Below are positions 9,506 through 21,168 of a stretch of 64,000 nucleotides of DNA, one piece after another (the stretch's first letter is position 1; each line of letters begins with the position of its first letter). Location of the stretch: the IMG/VR virus record IMGVR_UViG_3300028364_000014, positions 62,001 through 126,000 of that record. One strand, 5' to 3'. The notes below the pieces were generated by a model. The model had not been told where the DNA came from, searched no databases, and worked only from the letters and a program-made list of their open reading frames with translations. The translations under genes were made by a program, and so were the position numbers.

Positions 9506-9787
9506 ATGAAAAATTATGAAGGTTTTATTAAAGTATGGCATCCAGGTAAAGAATTACCTATTAAATTTGAAGGGATGGTCAATCTAATAGTTGATCCAGC
9601 GTGCGACGACGACACCCTAACATTTGAATTTAGAGCTAATATACCTGATGCAAAAGTAACTATAGTATCCGTTCCTACCTATAAATTTATGGTACAATAC
9701 TATGAGGATAACGAACTCAGCGGCGAAGATGATATTATTGATTGTGATCCAGACGACTGGTCTGATGTTCTAGACCTAAAAGCATAA
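9506..9787 (+). CDS. acidic hypothetical protein
   Basis: RBS aaggag, ORF. Confidence 0.65.
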   Translation: MKNYEGFIKVWHPGKELPIKFEGMVNLIVDPACDDDTLTFEFRANIPDAKVTIVSVPTYKFMVQYYEDNELSGEDDIIDCDPDDWSDVLDLKA

Positions 9788-10158
9788 TTTTTAAGTCTTT
9801 ATAATTAGATGAGACTATAAATATAATCTAATATACTTCTGGTTTAAACACCTAAGTATACGTGTTCTTTCATAGAGAACTCTCCTGAATAATAGGGATT
9901 AGTGCTTATAGGTTAAGTACTAGTCCCTATTTCTCCTTTTTAATTTTCCCCTGTTCCTTGTTTATTAATCCAATTAGTAAGAAATCCATCCAGTATAAAT
10001 ACTATGGTATCTGTTTTATTAAGTCCTTTCTCTTTCATATACATCTCCAATAAGGACTTGGTTATATTGTTTATTCTAAATGTTACACTACCTACCGATT
10101 TTTTTTCACTCATAATGTTGCTCCTATTATTACTACTATTATTAAATTACACCGTAAC

Positions 10159-10246
10159 TTACAGTGCATATTACAGTGTCTTACAGTGTATAACCCCCTA
10201 CCTATAGAAAAGTTAGTTAATTCAACTTACAGTGCTATTTACAGTG
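10159..10246. repeat. TTACAGTG direct repeats (5 copies)
   Basis: copies at 10159, 10171, 10181, 10227, 10239. Confidence 0.75.
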
Positions 10247-11199
10247 TAGATTACATTTACTCTAATTTACTCCCAGGGACTAAAACATGATACCCCCATA
10301 GGGGGGATTTGAGCCTTTTCTTACTCACTCACATCTACTGAAATCACTAATAGCTACCATTCATGGGGTTATACGCCTATCTGACCCAGGAGACCGCTTG
10401 TTCAGTATCTTAAACAAAAGAGGGTAAAGTAGAGCTTAGTGCCAGTATCTTTTGGCAAAAACACAAAAGGTGCCGTGATTAAGCTTCATTTTTTAACGAA
10501 ACTCATCGATTGACATCGAAAAGTATCGAATTCGACACAAAATCACTCATATTAGTTAAAAAGGGGGTATAATACCCTATATTGCCGTACTACCCACAGT
10601 GCATATTTGAGCCTTTTGCACACAGAGTTAAGTACTATAATCACTGTATCGCCGCTAATACCAGACCTCTTAGCCGTTTTTAGACAAACCGACAATTGAT
10701 TGAGGAAAAAGAATGAACTTAACCCACCAAATATCTATATCAACAATAACTATAATACTATCATGGATACTAGTAATAATAACCCTACTTCCATATACCA
10801 TTAATAGAGCTAAACCCTTAGTATTAGGCGCTATAGCTCTTGCAATCACTTCTTTCGGAGTACTTATCATATAAGAAGAAAAAGAAAAGGAGAAGACAGT
10901 GAGGAATAGACTAAGAGTGTTGGTACTTAGGGCTTTAGCACTAGAAAGGTCTGAACTAAAGTTATTGATACTTAAACTAATAATACTAGTTTGTATGGTT
11001 TTTATAGTACTATTTAGTTCAATACTAGGTATAACTTATATTATCTATGATATCAAGAGTACCGAGAATAGGGGCTCTCAATCAACTATTGAAATGTGTC
11101 GAAAATTATTATCGAAAAATATTGAAATCGATGAAACGTCGAAAAGTGTGTATTTCGGGCACCTTATAGATGTTAATAGAGATATAAGATAAAGATAAA

Positions 11200-11370
11200 C
11201 TAGTATTTATTATGATTAGTATTAGAGAGTATTAGATAGTATTATGATTGGTATTAAAGAATATTAGTATTTATTATGGTAGTATTGATAAGTATTAGTA
11301 TCAAATTAATTAGTATTATAAAACACTTAGTATTTATCGTGAAAGTGTTAGTACCTAATCAACTAGTATT
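11200..11370. repeat. AT-rich (T)AGTATT degenerate repeat tract
   Basis: about ten AGTATT/GTATT units, no ORF. Confidence 0.65.
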
Positions 11371-11893
11371 AATGAAACCCTTACCAGTGCTTACTCTCAG
11401 AGTTCTAAAGAGTTCTTACCTTAACTCAATCAATTAACATAATCTTCTCTCTTGTTTCTATTGTACTACTTCTATTAGACTTAGAGTTAGTTGTATAGTC
11501 ATTATAACTCTTAGGGTTGATTGTGGAACTATTAGTGATGTTATGGGTTTAATTAAGGTTAGGGTTAGGGTTTGTTATTAAAGAGGAGTTAATGACCCAT
11601 TAATGGCGTTTAACGCTGATTGTCGATATTTAGCCCGCCGCCGTATTTTTTACTGTAACAAGGAGGTATAAATGAGTAAAGTATTTAGTTGGCTAGTGTA
11701 CATCCTAATAGTATCGCCAAATAGGGCATACAGCAGATTAAGTATGTATAATACATTGCACAAATTTAGTGTAATTTTAAGTGTAACACTATTGGTCATA
11801 AATGTGGATAATTGTATAATACTGACTAGTTGTTTAATTGGGTTAATTGTATATAGAGCTATTTACTTTCAAATTGATTTTTAAGGGGATAAT

Positions 11894-12121
11894 ATGAAAA
11901 AAATACTACTACTATGTTTAGTTGGTTTAATGCTCCTATTAATGTCTTGTGGCACTGATAGTAATAAGCCTACAGCTCTTCCAACTGAATCTACAAACAT
12001 AACCAACATTGGAAATGGATGGATTGAATTTGATTACGCAGATCAACGTTTTTTATACTATAAAGGTAGAAAAGGTTATTCAGGATATCAAGCATTAACA
12101 GTGGTTAAGAAAATAGAATAG
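11894..12121 (+). CDS. putative lipoprotein
   Basis: MKK + hydrophobic stretch + LMSC lipobox. Confidence 0.65.
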   Translation: MKKILLLCLVGLMLLLMSCGTDSNKPTALPTESTNITNIGNGWIEFDYADQRFLYYKGRKGYSGYQALTVVKKIE

Positions 12122-12566
12122 TATGACTTTATTTATAAAATGTTTAATAATAACCTCTTTTATATTAATAATTATTGTTAATTTATTTATACAGAGTCAA
12201 CTAGTGTTTAATTTCTTATTCGATTTAATATAAGGAAAGTTAAATGTATATATGGGCTAAATGTTTATTAAAAGTAGTAATATTAAATTACATAATTATA
12301 TGGGGATGGATTACTTTTAGTACTATAACTAGTATAATATAAGGAGAACAGCATGCTTTTTGAAATAGTAACTCTAATAGGTTTAGTATCGATATTTATT
12401 GCATTTATTTATTGCGATGGCGGAGATCTTTTTATTATACTTAGAGTGTGGGCTTATTGCACTTTATTCTTATTTGCAGTGGTATTTATAACTATGTTAA
12501 TGGTGGAGATATGTAAATGGGTATTTACTTCTTTGGGCATTATTTAAAAATAAAAAGGAAACTATT

Positions 12567-12953
12567 ATGAAAAAATTATTTGTACTACTATCGTTATTGT
12601 TCATTACTATTATTGTTGGATGTGCTACGGATGCTGACATGGCATCACATAATTTATCTAAAGCGGCTGAAATGTTTGAAGTCAATAGACGTGTTGTATT
12701 TTATAATGGTATAACAGATGCTTATATTCTATCAATTGAGGGTAGATGTTCTGTAGAATTTTTTGTTGATAAATTCACTGTTACTGTAAAAACTGGACCT
12801 AATGAATATAAGAAACATTATTTAGGACGGGCCGATAATGTATTTCCGTTTGTTGAACAATTAGACAGTTCTCCTGTAGGTGTATATCATTACAGAGTTA
12901 TTTTTAAACCTAAAAGCATTATTCCAAATATTGAACTAAGAACAAGTAACTAA
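12567..12953 (+). CDS. conserved phage lipoprotein
   Basis: IVGC lipobox; ADMASHNLSKAAEMFEVNRRVVFYNGITD pattern common in phages. Confidence 0.7.
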   Translation: MKKLFVLLSLLFITIIVGCATDADMASHNLSKAAEMFEVNRRVVFYNGITDAYILSIEGRCSVEFFVDKFTVTVKTGPNEYKKHYLGRADNVFPFVEQLDSSPVGVYHYRVIFKPKSIIPNIELRTSN

Positions 12954-12999
12954 TAATTTTTAGCCGCCAAAAATAAAATCATAACATAAGAGAGAATTT

Positions 13000-13755
13000 A
13001 TGATAACTCATTCAAATTTATACGCGATAATTAAAGAGAATACTCTATATTCAATTGATAATTATTTGAAAACATGGACGGTATTTGAAAAAATTTGGCT
13101 TATCGTCTCAATAGCTCTCCTAACTTGGGCTTCTATTCTCTGGAAAAGCCCTTGGTACGGTTATGTTGCATCAATCAGTGGAATAATTTGTGTTGTATTA
13201 GCAGCAAAAGGAAAAATAGCTAATTATTGGTTTGGTATTATAAACTGTATTTTTTATGCTTATGTAGCGTATAGTTGGCAACTATACGGTGAAGTGATGC
13301 TTAATGCTTTATACTTCTTACCTATGCAGTTTGTTGGTTTATACTTCTGGAATTGTAAAGACAATAAGGACCCAGAAATTAAGGGTAGTATCAAAGTTAA
13401 ATTTTTAACAAACAATAGTAGAATTATACTAAGTATTGTATGTGTTATTAGTGTTTGTATTTATGCTCTGTTTTTGCAGTATTTAAAGGGTAATATACCT
13501 TGGATTGATGCCACTTCAACAGTATTATCAATTATAGCTATGGTATTAATGGCAAAAGTATACATGGAGCAATGGATTCTATGGATTATAGTTGATGTAG
13601 TCAGTATTATTATGTGGGCTATTGTAGTGTTTAAACAAGGATCTAATGATATAGGGTTATTTATTATGTGGTCTGCATTTCTAGTAAACGCTATCTATGG
13701 TTATTATAATTGGGTTAAAATGTATCATAAATCAATAGAAGACAAATATGTATAA
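13000..13755 (+). CDS. pnuC: nicotinamide riboside transporter PnuC
   Basis: multi-TM; GKIANYWFG, WIDA, EQWILWIIVD, NAIYGYYNW; coupled to nadR. Confidence 0.9.
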   Translation: MITHSNLYAIIKENTLYSIDNYLKTWTVFEKIWLIVSIALLTWASILWKSPWYGYVASISGIICVVLAAKGKIANYWFGIINCIFYAYVAYSWQLYGEVMLNALYFLPMQFVGLYFWNCKDNKDPEIKGSIKVKFLTNNSRIILSIVCVISVCIYALFLQYLKGNIPWIDATSTVLSIIAMVLMAKVYMEQWILWIIVDVVSIIMWAIVVFKQGSNDIGLFIMWSAFLVNAIYGYYNWVKMYHKSIEDKYV

Positions 13756-14764
13756 AAAAATTGGATTTATGGGTGGAAAGTTCTTACCCTTCCATTTAGG
13801 TCATTTGTTTGCTGCTCTTGAAGCCCACAATCAGGTTGATAAACTTTACATTATTCTATCTTCTTCTAAAAAAAGAGATACTGAATTATGTGATCGTGAT
13901 GGTATTAAACACATGCCAGGAGACGTTAGAATGTCTTGGTTAGGTCAAGCATTTAATGATTTAGAAAATATTGAAATTATACATATTAAAGACGACCAGT
14001 GGGATAATGATTATGATTGGGAAGCTGGGGCTAGATTAATTACTACTGCGATACCAGAAAAAATTACCCATGTATTTAGTTCTGAACAAGAATATACACC
14101 TTTATTTAAAAAATTTTATCCTTTTGCTAAACACGTAATAGTAGACGATCAACGTAAAACTGTAACTATATCAGCTACTAAACTACGTAAAGATTTGTAT
14201 TCAAATTGGGATAAGTTACCTAATTTTGTAAAGTCTCATTTTGTTAAGAAAGTTCTTATTACAGGTACTGAAAGTGTGGGTAAATCTACTCTAACCACAA
14301 AACTGGCAAAGTTCTATAATACTTGCTTTGCACATGAGGTGGGAAGAGATTACTGTGAGCGTTATAAGAATCATTTAACTGTTCCTATGTTTAATTCCAT
14401 TACAATGGAACATTATATCCTTCAACAACAATTGCTTCCATATTGCGACAAATTACTCCTTGTAGACAGTGATGCAGTGATTACTAGTTATTATTTAAAT
14501 ATGTATTTTGACACCCAATCCAATGCTATTGATAGTATTATACAACTTCAACAATATGATTTATGTTTATACTTGGAACCTGATGTTAAATGGGTACCTG
14601 ATGGTTTTAGATTTGCTGGGGCTATGGATGAAAGAATTAACAATAACAAATGTCTTAAAGCCATGTATACCAAACACATGCAGGAAATGGTTTGTGTGTT
14701 TATTGAAGGTGATTACTCAACTAGGCTATTTAAAGCTAGACAAGAAATCAATAAGTTATTTTAA
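13748..14764 (+). CDS. nadR: NadR-type NMN adenylyltransferase / ribosylnicotinamide kinase (no HTH)
   Basis: GKFLPFHLGH (HxGH), ISATKLR, Walker A GTESVGKS, WVPDGFR. Confidence 0.9.
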   Translation: MYKKIGFMGGKFLPFHLGHLFAALEAHNQVDKLYIILSSSKKRDTELCDRDGIKHMPGDVRMSWLGQAFNDLENIEIIHIKDDQWDNDYDWEAGARLITTAIPEKITHVFSSEQEYTPLFKKFYPFAKHVIVDDQRKTVTISATKLRKDLYSNWDKLPNFVKSHFVKKVLITGTESVGKSTLTTKLAKFYNTCFAHEVGRDYCERYKNHLTVPMFNSITMEHYILQQQLLPYCDKLLLVDSDAVITSYYLNMYFDTQSNAIDSIIQLQQYDLCLYLEPDVKWVPDGFRFAGAMDERINNNKCLKAMYTKHMQEMVCVFIEGDYSTRLFKARQEINKLF

Positions 14765-14775
14765 AGGGGTTAGTA

Positions 14776-15060
14776 ATGGCAAACAGTGACGATTTTTATC
14801 AATTTCTCAATTCTTATAATTGTTTTGAGAATTTCTGTGTAGCACTTGACGAACAACATGCTACAACTTTTAATGATTTAATGCGTGATTCAAAAGATTC
14901 AAAAGATTTAATTAAAATAATAGATTATTCGATAACTTGGGATGAAACACACGAAGGCAGTGATTATTGGTCAAGTATTAATTATGATTGGACTAATTCA
15001 TGTAAAACGGGTATATTTATTAAAACTGGACTAAATTGTAATAATATTTGGGAGCGATAA
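14776..15060 (+). CDS. small protein, paralog family A, ends CNNIWER
   Basis: F..FL...FC..L...W..T.EG..YW pattern. Confidence 0.75.
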   Translation: MANSDDFYQFLNSYNCFENFCVALDEQHATTFNDLMRDSKDSKDLIKIIDYSITWDETHEGSDYWSSINYDWTNSCKTGIFIKTGLNCNNIWER

Positions 15061-15062
15061 AA

Positions 15063-15341
15063 ATGTCAGCTACATTAAAAGATATTACTAATTTTATTGC
15101 TTTTCTTGAACAAAAAGGAGCTTATCACGAATTTTGTGAGGAAAGTAATCGTCAAAAAAACAATTCTTTTACAAAAACAGTTAATGAGAATAAAAAGAAC
15201 CTCGATAGAATAATTGATCGTGCATTTACTTGGGAAAATACTATTAGTGGATCAAATTATTGGGCAAGTAAGTCTAGTGAATGGGAAATTGTTTTTGAGA
15301 AAGGTATTAGTCTTACAGAAGGTTGTAGAAGTATTTGGTAA
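15063..15341 (+). CDS. small protein, paralog family A, ends CRSIW
   Basis: same family pattern. Confidence 0.75.
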   Translation: MSATLKDITNFIAFLEQKGAYHEFCEESNRQKNNSFTKTVNENKKNLDRIIDRAFTWENTISGSNYWASKSSEWEIVFEKGISLTEGCRSIW

Positions 15342-15350
15342 GGAGATAAA

Positions 15351-15632
15351 ATGTCGGCAAGTAAAGAAAAATTTATATCTTTTCTAATTAATGAGGATTA
15401 CTATAAAAATTATTGTGATAATGTATTAATACAAAGGGGTTTAACTTTTACGGGTATACTTGCTCAAAATATAACATTTAATATGACAGACATGATAAGT
15501 ACTTCTTTTGAATGGGATAAAACACCGGAAGGTCAATATTTTTGGCAGAATATAAATAAAAAATGGCTTTGTGTATGTAATAATGATATAAAGCTCAATA
15601 CAGGTAATTTTAATTGTAAAAGTATATGGTAA
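15351..15632 (+). CDS. small protein, paralog family A, ends CKSIW
   Basis: SFEWDKTPEGQYFW. Confidence 0.8.
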   Translation: MSASKEKFISFLINEDYYKNYCDNVLIQRGLTFTGILAQNITFNMTDMISTSFEWDKTPEGQYFWQNINKKWLCVCNNDIKLNTGNFNCKSIW

Positions 15633-15642
15633 GGAGGATCTT

Positions 15643-16650
15643 ATGGGTAAACTTACTATTATTGGTGGAACTAAGAATAGAAAATCAAGTGTTATTGATA
15701 AAATATATAATTCATTCATTGAAACAAACAGCTTTAAATATATTGAACTACATAATGGTAAGATTATCCCAAAAGATATAAGTAATAGTAATCTTACTAT
15801 TTGGATGCCGGACATTGCTAACGAAGAACCAAAACATTATCCCGTTAAAAAACAAGGTTCTGTACTTATATGTTCAAAAGTAATACACAATGATAGAACA
15901 AGAATTGACGCTATAACTCGTATATTTAGAATGCATGGAAATGCTGTTATAGCCATTAGAAAAATAATAAACAATAGTTTTGAATTTGAATTAATTGATG
16001 CGCTTGGAAATACTTGGTGTAGAACTATAGATATACTTGAATTAGTTCATACAATAAACTCTTTGTATAAATGGACCAAAGAATCAGTACGAAAAAGTCT
16101 TAAACATAATGAGCTTCCTGATAATGTTTTTAATGGCGTGGATTATAAAGAACTACAAATTTTTATGAATATTAATCAATTAATAGCACTTAAAGTAGCA
16201 GAAGGTTGTGGTAATAGGTTTTTTGGTAACTATAGTACTAGATGTACAAAATTATTTCCAAGTACAAGAAGGAATAAAAATTATTTTTTCTTTTCTCCAC
16301 GTAATACAGATAAAAGGTTTGTTACGATAAAAGATTTAGTACTTACAGATAACCAATATTATTATGGGAATAGAAAACCGTCTGTAGATACTCCAGCTCA
16401 AATAGAACTATATCAACAGATGCCAAAAATTAATTGGATAATTCATGGTCATGCCTATATTAAAAATGCCCCTATTACTGAAAAATATTTGCCTTGTGGT
16501 GATATGCGTGAAGTAGTTGAAGTTCATCGTGTAATAAGAAAAATTAATACTAATCGAATTAATTTAAAAAATCACGGGTTTTTACTTATAGGGAAAAATG
16601 TCGAAGATATGCAAAATCACCTCGACGATTGTAACTTTCATGCTTTATAA
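15643..16650 (+). CDS. class II aldolase/adducin-like domain protein
   Basis: GNYSTR, KPSVDTP, IIHGH, LKNHGF. Confidence 0.7.
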   Translation: MGKLTIIGGTKNRKSSVIDKIYNSFIETNSFKYIELHNGKIIPKDISNSNLTIWMPDIANEEPKHYPVKKQGSVLICSKVIHNDRTRIDAITRIFRMHGNAVIAIRKIINNSFEFELIDALGNTWCRTIDILELVHTINSLYKWTKESVRKSLKHNELPDNVFNGVDYKELQIFMNINQLIALKVAEGCGNRFFGNYSTRCTKLFPSTRRNKNYFFFSPRNTDKRFVTIKDLVLTDNQYYYGNRKPSVDTPAQIELYQQMPKINWIIHGHAYIKNAPITEKYLPCGDMREVVEVHRVIRKINTNRINLKNHGFLLIGKNVEDMQNHLDDCNFHAL

Positions 16651-16978
16651 TAGTAGAGAGGAGAATTGAAAATGCTTATTGCATTTAGTGTAGTATTATC
16701 ATTAATTCTTACTGTATTAGCTTCAACATCAGTTCTTATTAAATTTATTTCGTTTCTTAATTACAGTGAGCTTGATAAAGAAATTGATAACTACAAAGGT
16801 ATCAAAAAAAATTATAACTCAGTAAAAGAATTATATATTTTTATAATTTGTGGAAGTTGGTTAATAACTGTATTTTTTTTTAATTAAAAGATATAAAAAC
16901 ATAGTATAATGTGATACTCAAAAATATTATTTTCTAAAGGAATACTAAATCCAGTTAGACCAGGTATAAAGGCATATT

Positions 16979-17245
16979 ATGGATACTAAAACTAATTTTA
17001 AAAATTTCTTAATTCAAAAAGATTACTTTGAAAAATATTGTTTGAATTTAAAAAAACAAAAAAATAAAACATTTGATGAGTTTATAAGTACTCAACAAAG
17101 ACCACTATTAGGCGTAATAAATAGCTCATTTACTTGGTATAAAGCCCTAGAAGGGGGAGATTTTTGGAGAAATGTTAATGATGAATGGGATTCAGCACTA
17201 ATGAATAAAGTAATTTTTAATCTTAAATATAGGAGTATTTGGTAA
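16979..17245 (+). CDS. small protein, paralog family A, ends YRSIW
   Basis: SFTWYKALEGGDFW. Confidence 0.8.
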   Translation: MDTKTNFKNFLIQKDYFEKYCLNLKKQKNKTFDEFISTQQRPLLGVINSSFTWYKALEGGDFWRNVNDEWDSALMNKVIFNLKYRSIW

Positions 17246-17476
17246 AGTAAATACTATATTTAAAAATTATTTTAATAATCATAGAAAATTTAATAAAGGT
17301 TTTAATTTAAAATTTGCTATGAACAAAGCACTAGAGCTTGCGCAAATTATACTTATGTATGAAGATTTAGAAGAATGTGTAATTACACATAAATTTATAT
17401 GTCCACATAAAATTATTAGTGGTAAACATTGTATTTATTGTAAAATACCAGACTTATTTCCTTTAGGGAGGTAATT

Positions 17477-17728
17477 ATGTCAAAAGAGCTTGAAATAATT
17501 GAAATGTATAAAACCCATCATAGATCTTTTAGAATAACTATTAAATATGAAGATATTGATGATTATTATAATTCTACTACTGAAAAAGTATTCAAGAATG
17601 TTTGTCTTTGGGGTGGACCAGATGGATATGATATTAAAGAAAAAACTATATCTTATGAAATGGATGCTCTAATTATGCCATGGATAAAGAAAAGATTTTC
17701 TATGTATATTAGTGATAAATTATTATGA
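17477..17728 (+). CDS. hypothetical protein
   Basis: RBS ggagg, ORF. Confidence 0.6.
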   Translation: MSKELEIIEMYKTHHRSFRITIKYEDIDDYYNSTTEKVFKNVCLWGGPDGYDIKEKTISYEMDALIMPWIKKRFSMYISDKLL

Positions 17729-19038
17729 GATAGATATATTACTAGAAACTTAGATAATAAAAGAATTTTATCTTCTAAAAGAATTAAGGATTAATTATGC
17801 AGTTTAAAAATTTTATAGGTAAAACAATACTAGATATAGATGAAACTAGTGTTAATTGTATTGGTGTTATATTTACAGATGGTACTTGTAAGAATATTTT
17901 TGCTGAGCCTGTGAATAATATACCTGAACTATATGTAGAAAAAGCTGACTCAATTTCTATGCATGTAGTAAATATTTTTAATTTTAGTAAAGATTTTGAT
18001 AGAATCATGACTATAGCTAAAAGTATTGGTAATATTACTACAGAAAGTACAATATACAGAACAGTGGAGTTTAAAGATAGAAGTAAAATATGTATAAATA
18101 AAAAGAAAAGGCTTATTATAGAGGATTTTTAAATTAAGGAGATATAAATAATGTCTAGAAAAGAACTAAACAATATTTTAAATCAAATTGATGCAGAAAG
18201 AAAAAAAGAAGAATTAAAAAAACAAAGTGAGAATGAAAATAAAAAATAATCTTTCTAGAAAACTATCACGTGTAAACTAATATACATAAATAGGTGAAAT
18301 AAATTACATGACAAAAAAGAAAGTATATAAAAATAATTTTATTAATGATGGAGAAACAGTGTCAGTATTGCCTACTATTTGCAGAACTTGTTACGGTTTT
18401 AGTAATTGGAACGGTGATCGAAGTAAGGTTATATATGAAGATCGAGATTGTGTAAATTGTAAAAATAAAAGAACAATAATATGTTAATAATTAATACAGG
18501 AGTAAATTAGATGTATAAGTTTTTTATATTTATTATGGTAGTACTAATATATATATTTTCTGTAGGAACAGCAATATTTGGTATTCATTGTTTAATGCAG
18601 TCATTAATGATATAGGTATTCTTAAAGGATTGTAATGAAAAATAAAGTATATGGTATAGTGAATAATGATAAAAAATCTGTAGGTATCGTACATAATAAT
18701 AATTACAGTGAAATTTTATTACTAACTAATTTTTCGCCCAAAAATAAAGCATTGGAAATTATCAGTGAGTATTGTAGAAAGAAAAATATAAGTTATTTTT
18801 ATTTTACATGTACATATACAAAAGACAATGAAACTATTTATAAATCCTGTGATACTTGTGGAACATATGGTCCTATAATTGCATTTAAATATTTATTTAA
18901 TCCTTATGCTTGTAATGAATATAATTTTACTTGTGAGTATTGTATGAATATACTAAAATTAGAAAGAGAAGAGTTGAATTATATAGAGTATGAAAATTAT
19001 TATTATGATTAAAAAAAATAAAAGGAGGAGAAAGTAAA

Positions 19039-19332
19039 ATGGATTTTGAAAACGATGATATAGTCGTTAAATTAAAAGATTTTAAATGCGCAGAAAAAGG
19101 ATATAATATAGGAAAAAGTAATCCAGCAATTAATACTAAATACGAGTGTTGTGGTAAAATTATAGATTTAGAAGACCATAATATAACAAGAGAAGAAACG
19201 ATTAATGTTATAGAAAAAGGAAAAATAATTGATAATTATGGATTTGAAGTACAATGGGAAAATGAAAGTATTAATTCATATGAACTAGATGATTTAGTTT
19301 TAGTGTATAAAAAATACAGAACAATATGGTAA
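19039..19332 (+). CDS. small protein, family B (SH3/MIB-HERC2-like), ends YRTIW
   Basis: KSNP..YEC.G.I...VQWEN..NSY..DDL shared with 25886..26176. Confidence 0.7.
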   Translation: MDFENDDIVVKLKDFKCAEKGYNIGKSNPAINTKYECCGKIIDLEDHNITREETINVIEKGKIIDNYGFEVQWENESINSYELDDLVLVYKKYRTIW

Positions 19333-19463
19333 TAAGGAGAAATAAAATGAATGAACATCAAGACGATGATAAACTTGATATTATAGACACACAAACGTGT
19401 ACATGTGGTTATCCATTAGATGAGTGTGGTTCTTGTACTGATGGTATGTGCGAGGAAGATTAA

Positions 19464-20609
19464 ATGGCTGAACATAGATTAGTAACAATTGAAAAAATAA
19501 CTAAAGTTACTGAACATCCAAACGCGGACAAACTTGATATTGTAGATATACAAGGATGGCAATGTGTCACACAAAAAGGAGTATATAAAAAAAATGAAAT
19601 TGTAATATATTTTCATATTGATTCTATATTACCAGTAGACATCGAAAAAAGAATATTTGGTCCCGACGCAAAAATAACATTAAATAAACATAGAATACGT
19701 GCTATAAAAATACGCAGTATGCTTTCTTATGGACTAGTAGTACCGATAAGTCTTTTTAGTGATTTAATTAAAGATGAAAAAGTCAATGATGATGTTACAA
19801 ATATCTTTAAAGTTACAAAATACGAACCTATAATAAATAAAAAGAACATTTTATATGTAAATAGACAGAAAAAAAGATATGAAAATCCAAACTTTAAAAA
19901 AGTAAGAAAACCAGAAAGACTTTCAAACTATAAAGGGTGTTTTGATGGCAAAGAAGTAATGATAACTGAAAAAATCCATGGAACATCATGTAAAGTAGGC
20001 TGGGTTCTAAGACCTAACAATACTTGGAAAGAAAAACTTATTGTTAAACTTTTTGGTAATTATCAATTTGTATATAGAACTATGAAAGTACAATTACAAA
20101 AACATGACACGATCATGGATAAAATTTTAACTAAAATAGGAATAAGAAAATATAAAGGGTATTATAAAGATATAAATCATGGTAATGTTTATGCAAAAAT
20201 GGTTAATCAATATGAATTAAAAGAAATTATTTCATCTGGTTATGAAATAGCGTTTGAAATATATGGGAGTAGAATTCAAAAAAATTATACTTATGGATTA
20301 AAGCATAATGAACATAAAATGGTAGTATATGCAGTAATAAAAGATGGTAAATATTTACCTCCACATGATGCGTATGCTTTCTGTGAAATTCATAAATTAC
20401 CACATGTTCCTATATTATATATAGGCATATTCTCTAATGACGAACTGAATAGATGTACAGTTGGAGTAAGTGTATTAGATCCAAATACAAAAGTAAGAGA
20501 AGGATGTTGTATTGTACCACTAGACGGAAAACCATTATGGATGGGAAAAGAAGTAATGAAATCAATCAATCCATACTATGAACTTAAAAATCAAACAGAA
20601 TATAATTAA
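19464..20609 (+). CDS. RNA ligase, Rnl2/DRB0094 family with N-terminal OB domain
   Basis: HPNADKLD N-terminus, motif I TEKIHGTS, FEIYG..IQKNY, REG, KSINP. Confidence 0.85.
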   Translation: MAEHRLVTIEKITKVTEHPNADKLDIVDIQGWQCVTQKGVYKKNEIVIYFHIDSILPVDIEKRIFGPDAKITLNKHRIRAIKIRSMLSYGLVVPISLFSDLIKDEKVNDDVTNIFKVTKYEPIINKKNILYVNRQKKRYENPNFKKVRKPERLSNYKGCFDGKEVMITEKIHGTSCKVGWVLRPNNTWKEKLIVKLFGNYQFVYRTMKVQLQKHDTIMDKILTKIGIRKYKGYYKDINHGNVYAKMVNQYELKEIISSGYEIAFEIYGSRIQKNYTYGLKHNEHKMVVYAVIKDGKYLPPHDAYAFCEIHKLPHVPILYIGIFSNDELNRCTVGVSVLDPNTKVREGCCIVPLDGKPLWMGKEVMKSINPYYELKNQTEYN

Positions 20610-20640
20610 CAATATGAAAAATTTTAAAAGATAGTAAATT

Positions 20641-20910
20641 ATGACCAAAAATCAAATAAAAAGACTCTATGATTTTCTTATTCAAAATAATTGCTATAAT
20701 GAGTATTGTATAGCCTTAGTAAAAGCAAAAGACACAACATTTGAGCAATTTACAAACAACCATTACTCGGCTCCTGCGGCATTAAGTTCACCATTTTCTT
20801 GGGCAAATACAAATGAAGGATTTAATTTTTGGATAAAATTAAGTCGTTTATGGCATGATGAGTGCGAATTGACTAAAAAAGCACATTCAATTTGTAAAAG
20901 TATTTGGTAA
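20641..20910 (+). CDS. small protein, paralog family A, ends CKSIW
   Basis: FSWANTNEGFNFW. Confidence 0.8.
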   Translation: MTKNQIKRLYDFLIQNNCYNEYCIALVKAKDTTFEQFTNNHYSAPAALSSPFSWANTNEGFNFWIKLSRLWHDECELTKKAHSICKSIW

Positions 20911-21168
20911 TTAATTATAATTTATAATCAATGAGGAGAATTAAAATGGAAAAACAAATTGAAAATCAAAAAAAAATCTTTAGTGTAGTTAAATGTTTAA
21001 ATAAACTAGATAATTGTGATAAAAAATGTCATGTTTGTGCAGTACAAGAAGGATGTGATAATCTATGTAGTTATGCAGTAAAAAACAATATAAATGAAAA
21101 AACCCAATGTATTTATTGGGAAAAATAACAAAAAGAATTTAAAAATACCAGAGACAAAGGAAATTATT

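Noticed and set aside
10004-10207. ORF with poly-Leu stretch
   Set aside because: Low-complexity translation of repeat DNA, no RBS
10159-11370. CRISPR array in the repeat-rich region
   Set aside because: Repeats are 6-13 nt with irregular spacing, no repeat-spacer periodicity and no cas genes
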